Below the pieces are notes generated by a model. The model had not been told where the DNA came from and did not search any database. It saw only the letters and a list, made by a program, of their open reading frames with translations. A stretch of DNA of 64,000 bases from an uncultured Chloroflexia bacterium (GTDB lineage Bacteria; Chloroflexota; Limnocylindria; Limnocylindrales; CSP1-4): contig CAWHYC010000005.1 in assembly GCA_963833535.1 (NCBI GenBank), positions 13,395 to 77,394 of the forward strand, in the 5' to 3' direction. Each line of letters begins with the position of its first letter. Position 1 is the stretch's first letter. Both the position numbers and the translations under genes were made by a program. This document shows positions 53,701 through 64,000 of the stretch, in pieces.

Positions 53701-55284
53701 CTCGGTCGGCGAGCTGCCGCGGGGAGCCGCGCCTTTGCGAGCGAGCTCGGCGCGGAGCATCTCCTCCATCTCCGGCGGGACCTCGCTCCAGGGATCGCCC
53801 GACGACGGGCCTGACGAGATGCGTGTCGGCGGCCGATCGGTACGCGGCCCGCGATCGGGCCGCGGGGTGCCGCTGCCATACCGGGGTCCGCGATCCGGCC
53901 GAGGCCCGCGATCGGACCTCGGGGCACCGCCGCTGTTGCCGCCGTTGCCCCCGAAGGCGCTGCCACCCGATCGTCCATAACGCTCGCGATCGACGGCCGA
54001 CTGATAGGCGCCGCCGCGACCACCCGGTCGCCCGCCTCGACCGCGACCGGGTTGCGCCGCACGCCCGCCGGGACGACCGGCGCGCTGCCGACGCTCGGCC
54101 AACAGGTACTCGGGGATCTCCGGCTCGTCCTCGTCCTCGTCCTCGGCGGTCGAGCCGCCGAGGTCCGCACTGGCGAGCGGTGCACTGGGCACCCCGATCT
54201 GGCTGTCCCAGACCGACCCGAAGGTCGACGCCTGCGGCGCGCGAGGCGCGGGATAGGCGTCCAGGTCCTCGTCTTCCTCGTCGTCGTCCTCGCCGCTGCC
54301 AGCGGCACTGGCCACGCCCGGCGCACCAGCCTCGGTCGGGGCCTCTCGATCCTGGCCACGCCCGCGACCCCGTCCGCGACCGCCGCGGCGGCGGCGCCGG
54401 CGGCGATGGCCCTCGCCGTCGACCTCACCTTCGGCATCCGGGAGCGCGCCGACCTCCGTCGCGTCGACGCCATCGGCGTCGTCCGCGGCCATGAGTTCGA
54501 CGGGCTCCGCATCGAGATCGGCATCGTCGAGCTCGACGTCCTCGTGCTTGGCCGCCGTGGCCGCCACCTTGGACAGCTTCTCGCCCGGCAGCACGACCAG
54601 GTCGGCGCCGGTGGCCGTCGTGCGGCGGCCGCGCGCCGGCGCCTCGACAGCCGCGGCTGCGACCGGGGCGTCCTCGCGCTCGGCGCTGCGACCGCGCCCG
54701 CGGCCACCACGGCCGCGTCGCGGGGCACCCTCGGACTCCTTGTCCGGCACCTCGGTCATCGACAGGTCATCCTCAGCGGCGACGCGGCGGCCGCTGCGCG
54801 ACGAGCCCTTCTCGACCTTGGCGATCTGGGTGATGTCGATGAACGTATCGGCGACCTCGATGAGGTCGGAGCTGGTGTTGCCGCGGAAGCTGATGACTTC
54901 GACGCGGACGCCCATCTGCTGCACGGCCCGGATGGCCGGCGCGAAGTCGCCATCGCCCGAGACGACGACCGCGATGTCGAGGTTCTGGGCCGTTCGCATC
55001 ATGTCCACGACCAGCTCGATGTCGAGGTTGGCCTTGACCTTCCCGTCGCCGTACTTGCGGATGTCCTTGCTCACGACCTTGTAGCCGCTGCGGGCCAGGA
55101 AGCTGTGGAACTGGCGCTGGTTGTCGTTGTCGGGATCCAGTCCCGTGTAGGCGTACGCGCGCACGAAGTCCCGGCCTGCGGTGGCCGTCTTCAGCAGCGT
55201 CGTGTAGTCGATGTCCACGCCGGCCGCCTTGGCCGCGTAGAAGATGTTCGCAACGTCAACGAAGACGGCGACGTTCTTGCTCAA
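53347..55284 (-). CDS. NYN/LabA-like (PIN-fold) domain protein with long low-complexity C-terminal region
   Basis: 645-aa ORF with a TTG start 9 nt after an AGGAG Shine-Dalgarno. aa 1-165 form the NYN domain (VAVFVDVANIFY...VVSGDGDFAPAI). Then come RGG-rich, acidic and AKPKRR-repeat segments. Confidence 0.75.
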   Translation of the reverse strand: MSKNVAVFVDVANIFYAAKAAGVDIDYTTLLKTATAGRDFVRAYAYTGLDPDNDNQRQFHSFLARSGYKVVSKDIRKYGDGKVKANLDIELVVDMMRTAQNLDIAVVVSGDGDFAPAIRAVQQMGVRVEVISFRGNTSSDLIEVADTFIDITQIAKVEKGSSRSGRRVAAEDDLSMTEVPDKESEGAPRRGRGGRGRGRSAEREDAPVAAAAVEAPARGRRTTATGADLVVLPGEKLSKVAATAAKHEDVELDDADLDAEPVELMAADDADGVDATEVGALPDAEGEVDGEGHRRRRRRRGGRGRGRGRGQDREAPTEAGAPGVASAAGSGEDDDEEDEDLDAYPAPRAPQASTFGSVWDSQIGVPSAPLASADLGGSTAEDEDEDEPEIPEYLLAERRQRAGRPGGRAAQPGRGRGGRPGGRGGAYQSAVDRERYGRSGGSAFGGNGGNSGGAPRSDRGPRPDRGPRYGSGTPRPDRGPRTDRPPTRISSGPSSGDPWSEVPPEMEEMLRAELARKGAAPRGSSPTEATAGADAKPKSRASTRRPAAATATAEAVTTVAATSEAEAKPKRRAPARKVAGTDATSDASVAEGPAGAEAKPKRRAPARKAAATDAPAASVSDATAAADVGAKPKRRTSTPKATTEA

Positions 55285-55372
55285 AGCAAGTCACTCCTAA
55301 TGCTCGGGCCGCACCACGAGGCGCGGTCCCGGTCTTCGGCGCGGCGGACCGCACCGGTCAAGTCGTCGGCTC

Positions 55373-55864
55373 TCACGAGCCGACTGGATCGAGGCTGCGA
55401 GGCGTCCTTGCGGTCGCCGGGTCGCAGACCAGTCGCAGGGGCGCGGCCGTGAAGCCATACGCCTCCCAGGCCGCCAGATCGGCGGCCGATACGGGTCGCG
55501 GCATCTCGACGATGACGCAGCCCTTGTTGCGGGCGGACCGGAGCACCTCGGCGACGAGGGCATCCCTGACGCCACCGACGTCGCGGCCGGCTTCGACCAC
55601 GAGCAGGTCGATGCTGCCGACGAAACCGCCGCTGCTGACGGATGGCCGCAGGGCCAGGACCGCAGCACCGACGATGCTGCGATGGGCTTCGGCCACTAGC
55701 ACCACGGCCTGGGGCAGATAGACCAGCTGGCGCAGCAGGTCGGCAGCGCCGAGCGTGGCTCGAACGTTGCTCGCGGGTCGCGGCCGTCCGGCGTCGAGGA
55801 GGGCTGTGATGCGCTCCGCGTCCGTGATGCGCGCGTCTCGGACCTGATATTCCACGGCGGTCAT
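55373..55864 (-). CDS. GNAT-family acetyltransferase (weak)
   Basis: 163-aa reading from MTAVEYQVRDARITD with a GAAGGA Shine-Dalgarno. It has the size and beta-alpha pattern of GNAT, but the acetyl-CoA motif is only loosely recognisable. Confidence 0.5.
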   Translation of the reverse strand: MTAVEYQVRDARITDAERITALLDAGRPRPASNVRATLGAADLLRQLVYLPQAVVLVAEAHRSIVGAAVLALRPSVSSGGFVGSIDLLVVEAGRDVGGVRDALVAEVLRSARNKGCVIVEMPRPVSAADLAAWEAYGFTAAPLRLVCDPATARTPRSLDPVGS

Positions 55865-56056
55865 CCGTCCTTCGTGGATGGTTGGCCTGCGCTCCGCTCG
55901 TCGCAGCACCGGCATCGCAGGCAACCGTTGCCCGTCCCAGGGGACCGATCACGCTTGCCCGTCGAACGGGCAGTCGGCTCGAGCGCGCCGCACCGGGTGG
56001 GTCAGCGACCCTTGGGAGGGCCGAGCCGCACACGCCCCGGGGCGCTCGGAACCATC

Positions 56057-56084
56057 TTGCAATCGAGACGCCGTCACCTATGAT
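56057..56084 (+). promoter_or_regulatory. Sigma-70-like promoter TTGCAA-16 nt-TATGAT upstream of the liv operon
   Basis: Good hexamers. It predicts a leader of about 225 nt before ATG 56317. Confidence 0.45.
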
Positions 56085-56316
56085 ACGGCATCACATCGGC
56101 GGCCATCGAGCTGCGCGATGGTTTCTGGGGACGGTCCCGACCACGTGGTCGGATCCGGGAGGAGGATGCAGGGGAGCGCGTCGCCGCGTGTCGGCGGTGC
56201 GTCATCCTCGGATCGGTCCACCGGTGGACGGGCGGACCCGGTACCAGCGCACGGCTGCGGCCGTTGATCGCGTGTCCCGTTCGGGACAGGCGGTTGAACA
56301 GAGGAGAACCATTTCT

Positions 56317-57635
56317 ATGGATCGAAGGAAGCTCGGCGCGCTCGCGTTCGGCGCGATGCTCGTCGCGGCCGCCTGCACCCCGACCGGCGGGGAGACGGCA
56401 GCACCCAGTACCGGGACAGAGTCATCTGCCCCATCCAGCGAGGCCACTGCACCCGCCAGCGCACCCACCGAGGATGCGCTCGGCATCCGCACCATCCCGG
56501 CCGGTGAGCCATTGCATATCGCCTTCTGGGGCGTCCTGTCCGGAGCCGATAGCTCGCTCGGTGAGGACTCCAAGCAGGGCGTCGAGATCGCGCTCGACGA
56601 CCTGAAGAACACCTTCAAGGGTCACGACATCCGGCTGACCACGGAGGACGGCCTGTGCACGCCTCCGGGCGGCGCGACCGCGGCCCAGAAGCTGGCAGCC
56701 GACAGCACCATCGTCGGGCTCATCGGCTCCGTCGTGCTCGGATGAGACCGTCGGCGGCATCGCGGCTCTCACGGCCGCAGGCCTGACGACCATCTCGCCG
56801 TCGAACACTCGACCCGCACTCACCGCGGCGGATCGCGACGCGACGTATGCGGGCTATCTGCGCACCGCGCACAGCGACGCCTTCCAGGGCAAGGCCGCAG
56901 CCGAGTTCGCCTTCACCCAGCTGGGTCTCAAGACGGCCGCCACCATCCACGACGGCAGCGCCTACGCGCAGGCCCTGCAGCAGGTCTTCGCCGACGAGTT
57001 CACGAAGCTCGGCGGCACGATCACCACCCAGGAGGCCGTGACCAAGGACCAGAAGGACATGACCTCGGTCCTCAAGAAGATCGCCACCTCCAACGCCGGA
57101 GCCGCCCCGGAGCTCATCTACATGCCGGACTTCGTCGCCGTATCCGGGTATCCTCAGCTCTCAGATCCCCACCGTCGCCGGCCTCGAGAAGGTCGCGACA
57201 CTTGGCGCCGACGGCCACTTCACGCCCGACTACCTCAAGGCAGCCGGCAAGTCCGCCGTGGGGCACTACCTGACCAGCCCGAACTTCGCGGCCTTCGGCT
57301 CGGGCTACCAGGACTTCCTCGCCAAGCGCACCGCCAAGTTCGCTGGCAAAGGCCCCCTGAGCGTCTTCCATGCGCACGCGTACGACGCCACGAACATCCT
57401 GTTCGCGGCGCTGAACAAGGTCGCGGTCGAGAACGCTGACGGTTCGCTGTCCATTCCGCTCGGCGCCCTGCGCGACGCCATCTACGCGACCAAGGACTTC
57501 CAGGGCCTGACAGGCACCCTGACCTGCACGCCCACGGGCGACTGTGGAGCGCCGGTCATCGCCGCCTACCAGATCACCCAGGCCGATCTCGATGCCGGCA
57601 AGATGCCGACGAAGCCGATCTGGCCGACGCCGTAG
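56317..57635 (+). pseudogene. Branched-chain amino acid ABC transporter substrate-binding lipoprotein (two frame changes)
   Basis: Signal peptide and lipobox (MLVAAAC), then LIGS / SCSDETVGGIAALTAAGLTTISPSNT / ILSSQIPTVAG...TGTLTCTPTGDCG in three frames. Junctions are near 56735 and 57148. Confidence 0.8.
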
Positions 57636-57681
57636 CCATCCCTCTGTAGCCATCCCTTCCTGAAGGGAGCCGAACCAGACT

Positions 57682-57717
57682 GCGGGGGCGAGCAGGCACG
57701 GGCCCGCTCGCCCCCGC
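57682..57717 (+). terminator. Strong intercistronic hairpin between the binding-protein and permease genes
   Basis: 12-bp perfect stem GCGGGGGCGAGC / GCTCGCCCCCGC with a 12-nt loop and no U-tract. Confidence 0.45.
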
Positions 57718-57749
57718 ACCATTACGTCACCGGATGCGGAGACGAGGGC

Positions 57750-58823
<1,074 letters not shown>

Positions 58824-58827
<4 letters not shown>

Positions 58828-60644
58828 GCGCCGCCGTCACGACCATGGGCAGCAGACCCGTCGCGGCCGAGCGATGGCCGGTGCAGGCCGTGCTGCGCAT
58901 CGGGGTCCTAGGCGGCGCTATCGCCATCTACCTCTGCCTCGTGGGCATCGTGCCGGTCTTCGCCACGCGCCCGCTTATCGTCGGCGTCGTGTCGCTCGGC
59001 CAGGCGACCCTGCTCCTCACCTTCGGCGTCTTCGGCTACCTGGCCGGCCGTCGCGCCCTGGCCATCTCCCGGATCCAGGCCGCCCTCGGAGGTGCGTCGG
59101 CGGGCGCCATCACCGGGGCCTTCCTGACCGGGCTTGTGCTCGTCGGCTCGGTCCTCGACCTGCGGGCGGTCTTCCTGAACGCCTCCCCGGAGCTCTATGC
59201 GCTGCTGCAGGACGGCGTGATCTTCACGGGCCCCATCGTGCCGCTCCTGGTCGGCCTGGTCACCGGTGCCCTGGGCGGTGGGCTGGTCGGACTACGCGCT
59301 GACCTCCGTGCGCCGATCCTGTGGGGGCTCGGGTCGTTGTTCTTCTTCGGGCTCTTCGGCGGGCTGCTGCGGACGCCGTTGCTGGTGACGCCGCTCGCCG
59401 TTCCCGCGCGATACCTGCTTGGTGCGGACGGCCTGACGGTGCCGGGCGCGATCCTCGTCTTCGTGGCCACGGTGGCCGTGGCCATCGTGGTGCGTGCGAC
59501 CAGACCTCGGCAGCGCGTGGACGCCATGCCCGCCGCACGGCGTCGGTTGATCACCGGGCCGCTGCTCATCCTGGTCGGCATCCTCGTCCTGCTCTATCCG
59601 CTCGCGCTTGGCTCATTCTTCGCCCAGGTCATCGCCCTCGTCGCCCTCTTCGTGCTGCTTGGCCTCGGCCTCAACATCACGCTCGGCCTGGCCGGCCTGC
59701 TCGACCTCGGCTTCGTCGCCTTCTACGCTGTCGGCGCGTACACCGTGGCGCTCCTGACGTCGACGGCCGATCTGGGCATCGCCGGCCTGACCTTCTGGCA
59801 GGCGGTCCCCTTCGCCGTCGGCGCCTCGATGCTCTTCGCGATCTTCCTCGGCCTGCCCATCTTGCGCATCCGGGGCGATTACCTTGCTATCGCGACGCTG
59901 GGCTTCGGCGAGATCATCCGCATCCTGGCCGGCTCCAACCTGCTCATCGGGATCCTGGGCGGGCCGCAGGGCATCACCAACATCCCCAAGCCCATCGTGC
60001 TGCCGCCGACGAACGTCTTCGCCGGGCCCGTGCAGATCTACTACATCGCCCTCGCCTTCGCGGCGGTCGTCGCCTTCGTGGCCTGGCGCCTGCGTGGCTC
60101 CCGCCTCGGTCGCTCCTGGATGGCCATCCGCGAGGACGAGGACGTGGCCGAGGGCATGGGCATCAACCTCGTCCAGACGAAGCTGCTGGCGTACATGCTG
60201 GGCGGTGCCTTCGCGGGCCTGGCCGGCGCCATCTCGGCCGGCCTCATCGGCGCGGTCTTCTCGTCGAGCATCGAGCTGCAACTCTCCATCAACGTGGTCG
60301 CCATCGTCATCGTCGGCGGCATGGGCAGCATCCCGGGCGTGGTCCTGGGTGCCCTGATCCTGATCGGGCTGCCGGAGCTCTTCCGCGAGTTCACCGACTA
60401 CCGCTTCCTGTTCTACGGTGTCGCTTTGATGGCCATCATGATCGTGCGACCCGAAGGCCTCCTGCCCTCGCGGATCGCCCGCCGCGAGCTGCGCACGGCA
60501 GAGGAGCTGGCCGAGTTCGAGCCGTCCGAGTTGCTGGATCCGCAGGAGCTCGAAGAGCCTCCCGAGCCGACCACAGGTCCACCGCCGCCTCCATCAGGCG
60601 ACGATCGACCGACACCGCCTCGACGGCCGCAGGGCGCCCCGTGA
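58824..60644 (+). CDS. livM: Branched-chain amino acid ABC transporter permease with extended N-terminal membrane region
   Basis: 606-aa ORF with a LivM core (GLNITLGLAGLLDLGFVAFYAVGAY, RGDYLAIATLGFGEIIR). Its start overlaps the livH stop. Confidence 0.8.
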
Positions 60645-61473
60645 GCACGCTGCTCAAGGCCGAGCAGGTCACCAAGCGCTTCAGCGGCCTGTTGGCGGTC
60701 AACAAGCTCGACTTCGAGCTCGAGGAGGGCTCGATCGCGAGCGTGATCGGGCCGAACGGGGCGGGCAAGACGACCTTCTTCAACTGCCTCTCCGGCCTCT
60801 ACCACGCTGATGAGGGGACGATCACCTTCGACGGCGATCCGATCCAGAAGCTGCGACCGGATGAGATCGCCCACTACGGCATCTCGCGGACCTACCAGAA
60901 CATCCGCCTCTTCGCGACCATGACCGCGGTCGAGAACATCCTGGTCGGCCAGCACAACCACCTGCATGCCACCTGGCTCGGCGCCATCTTCCGGACACCG
61001 GCCCAGCGACGCGAGGAGCGGGCCGCCCACGAGGAAGCCCTCCGGCTGCTCGACTTCGTCGGCCTCAAGGGCCGCGGCGACAGCCTGGCGGTCAAGCTGC
61101 CGTACGGCGACCAGCGACGGCTGGAGGTCGCCCGCGCGCTCGCCAACAAGCCCCGGCTGCTCCTGCTCGACGAGCCGACGGCGGGCATGAACCCCTCGGA
61201 ATCGCTCCAGATGACCGAGTTCTTCCGCAAGCTGCGCAGCGAGCTGAGCATCACCATCCTGCTCATCGAACACGAGATGCGCGTGGTCATGGGCATCTCC
61301 GAGAAGATCACCGTCCTCGACTACGGACAGAAGATCGCGGAGGGGACCCCGCGCGAGATCCAGCAGGACCAGCGCGTCATCGAGGCCTACCTTGGCCGCG
61401 AGGGCGCGGAGGAAGCAGCCGCGCAGGCGGCCACCTCGGCGGCCGCGGCCGCTGACACGTCGGCTGGCGCCTG

Positions 61474-61474
<1 letters not shown>
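60641..61474 (+). CDS. livG: ABC transporter ATP-binding protein
   Basis: GTG 60641 overlaps the livM stop (GTGA). Walker A GPNGAGKTT, signature LPYGDQRRLE, Walker B LLLLDEP. Confidence 0.85.
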
Positions 61475-62208
<734 letters not shown>

Positions 62209-62267
62209 TCCGGTCACGCACGCCGCCCATCAGGACCGCCGCATCGCAGCCGGACCGCCGCGGCCGG

Positions 62268-63890
62268 CTAGGGCTGACCCTGGAGCGGCGGCGCGATGAC
62301 CGGCAGCGGCCAGGGGATGCTCAGGTGCTCGCCTGGCGACAGGTCCCCGATGCGCATCACGGGCCGACCGGTGACCGCGTCATGGACCGTCATCGATGTG
62401 CCCCAGCGCGCTCGTCCACCGGACTCGTCCACCCCCGGGTTGCCGATGGCCGCCAGGAAGCGCCCGTCATCGAGCAGGGCCAGTGACTGGTAAGCGGCCT
62501 TGGCGGGCCAGCGCTCGAGCAGCTGGAGGGTCCTGGCGTCGAAGACCCAGACGCCGGAGCTGCTGCCGGGTTCGGGGCCCTGGCCGATGGCGAAGAGGAG
62601 CCGGCCGTCGGGCGATCCGACGAGCGTCCGTTCCGGCCGGCCGACGTCACCCGTTCGGCCGTCGGACCAGGTCGTGGCCGTGCCGGGCGGTGGGCGATCG
62701 CCGAGGACGATGACGTCGGCGGGGTTGGCGAGGTCGTCGGGCGTGTCGCCGCTCTGGGCGCCGCCGGTCACCAGGTCCGCTGCCGAGAGGTGGTGGGCGA
62801 TCGGATCCCAGAAGTAGGCGATGCCCCTCGTCACGTCGAGCAGCGCATCGTCGCCGCCGAGCTGCCGTGCCGGCACCAGGATGGTGCCCAGATCGCTCCC
62901 GTCGAGTTCGCGCCGACGGATCTGGAACGACACAGCCTGGTCGAAGCCCGAGGCCTGGCAGCCCTGCGCCACGATGTCCGGGGTGACGAAGTCGATCCAC
63001 GGACAGGCGTCGGCAAGCGGATCTGCGACGTCGTCCGATGCTCTCACCGATCCCGATGATGCGCCGTCGAGGTCGACGATCCAGGCGTGCGGCGTCGAGG
63101 TGCTGGTGCCCAGCGCCGTCTCCTGTCGGACCGCCGCCATGACCAGCGCGTGGCGGCCATCCGGCGCGATGCGCAGGACCGGCACCCGTACCTCACGGGT
63201 ATCCGACAGGTTGGCCTGCGGGCCGGCGAAGAGATCGACCGATCCCACGATGGCTTCTCGCGCCAGGTCGATGACGTCGAGGCTGACCTGCCATCGCGTC
63301 GCGGACCGTGCGGCCAGGGCAAGGTAGGCGAACCGTCCGTCCGGGGATGGCTGGAGTGCGGCCAGTGGCGGACCGCTGATGCCTTCCGGGTCGTACTGGT
63401 TGGTCAGCACGAGGGTCGTCCGGGAGATCTCCTGCTGGTCCCGGTCCATCCGAACCAGGGCCAGGCCTCGAGGTGGGCCGCTCTCGAAGCGCGAGCCCTG
63501 CCAGCACAGGCAGAGCGTGCCACCGCGCGCGGTCCGCATGATCAGGTCCCGGCCGGGGTCCGCGAGCGAGCCATCGAGCAGACGCGCGCTGACCAGGCGC
63601 AGCCAGCGCACCGATCGGCCCTCCACGAGCACATCGCGCAGCGGGATCTCCGCGGCGCTGAACCACTCGAGCTTGGGCAGGGCCGTGGCGACCGGCTCGA
63701 TGGCGACGAGCGGCGCCGTCGGTCCGCGGGTCGGCGTCACCTGGACAAGGGCGGGCCGGGAGCTCAGGTGCGCAAGGGCGATGGCACCGACCAGGACGCC
63801 GGCAAGCGCCGCGATGACCAGCCACGGGCGTCGGTCGCGGATGGGCGCGACCGGGGTCGTCGGGACCTGGAAGCCGTCTGCATCGGACAC
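62268..63890 (-). CDS. Membrane-anchored beta-propeller-like hypothetical protein
   Basis: 540-aa ORF with an N-terminal TM segment and recurring SPDGR/APDGR/DDGRF motifs (QPSPDGRFAYL, IAPDGRHALV, GSPDGRLLFAI, LLDDGRFLAAI) reminiscent of PD40/YVTN propeller blades. Confidence 0.5.
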   Translation of the reverse strand: MSDADGFQVPTTPVAPIRDRRPWLVIAALAGVLVGAIALAHLSSRPALVQVTPTRGPTAPLVAIEPVATALPKLEWFSAAEIPLRDVLVEGRSVRWLRLVSARLLDGSLADPGRDLIMRTARGGTLCLCWQGSRFESGPPRGLALVRMDRDQQEISRTTLVLTNQYDPEGISGPPLAALQPSPDGRFAYLALAARSATRWQVSLDVIDLAREAIVGSVDLFAGPQANLSDTREVRVPVLRIAPDGRHALVMAAVRQETALGTSTSTPHAWIVDLDGASSGSVRASDDVADPLADACPWIDFVTPDIVAQGCQASGFDQAVSFQIRRRELDGSDLGTILVPARQLGGDDALLDVTRGIAYFWDPIAHHLSAADLVTGGAQSGDTPDDLANPADVIVLGDRPPPGTATTWSDGRTGDVGRPERTLVGSPDGRLLFAIGQGPEPGSSSGVWVFDARTLQLLERWPAKAAYQSLALLDDGRFLAAIGNPGVDESGGRARWGTSMTVHDAVTGRPVMRIGDLSPGEHLSIPWPLPVIAPPLQGQP

Positions 63891-64000
63891 CCGGACACCC
63901 TACACCGAAGGTCGTCCACGTCCCCAGAGGCGCGGCGATGGTGACGCCGCGCTCGGGATCGGTACCGCGATCAGGCCTCGGCCATGGCCTCGATGACTGC

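Noticed and set aside
53347-54400. Periodic repeats in the 53.3-54.4 kb region as a possible CRISPR or satellite array.
   Set aside because: The repeats are imperfect, in frame, and encode low-complexity peptide repeats (AKPKRR, RGG, PDRGPR) of the NYN-domain protein. There is no repeat-spacer organisation and no cas genes.
56240-56262. A T-box-like string (GGACCCGGTACCAGCG resembling GGUGGUACCGCG) in the liv leader.
   Set aside because: Similarity is only partial. I could not find a specifier loop, AG bulge or a terminator/antiterminator alternative consistent with a T-box. It is kept only as a generic structured-leader finding.

Overview
64-kb high-GC (roughly 70%) bacterial chromosomal segment. 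The gene content looks like Actinomycetota: an MMPL transporter, an LCP protein, Mca/MshD-like thiol-metabolism genes, CysA-type rhodanese, and many apparently leaderless promoters. I support about 60 protein-coding genes, 2 tRNAs (Asp-GTC, Arg-CCG) and one partial tRNA-Arg copy. I see no rRNA, CRISPR array, transposase or integrase. Most genes are housekeeping or accessory metabolism: pabB/pabC, a KamA-type aminomutase, an S41 peptidase, Sua5/TsaC, holB, a liv-type ABC transporter, cyclophilin and threonine aldolase. Main points for a second look: (1) A 2.9-kb islet lies between tRNA-Arg and a 49-bp copy of the tRNA 3' half. It carries a NIP-like aquaporin and an in-frame MerR-ArsC fusion behind a textbook MerR-type promoter with a 19-bp spacer. 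(2) A minus-strand redox module (GAF kinase, NarL-type regulator, ferredoxin-GltD-like oxidoreductase, two paralogous unrecognised membrane proteins) sits divergent from a sulfite-oxidase-family molybdoenzyme. (3) That same module lies in an extreme hotspot of single-base frame changes, and isolated frame changes also hit essential genes elsewhere, so sequence quality is the leading explanation and must be settled before any pseudogene biology is claimed. (4) An MMPL transporter is fused in frame to an AttH/CrtC-like domain. (5) A NYN-domain protein carries a 470-aa RGG/AKPKRR low-complexity tail next to holB. (6) A cyclase plus two effector-less cNMP-binding proteins are coupled to a flavoenzyme. 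(7) A candidate small RNA has a consensus promoter and a canonical terminator. No known defence system is evident. All family calls come from motif recognition by eye; no database search was run.
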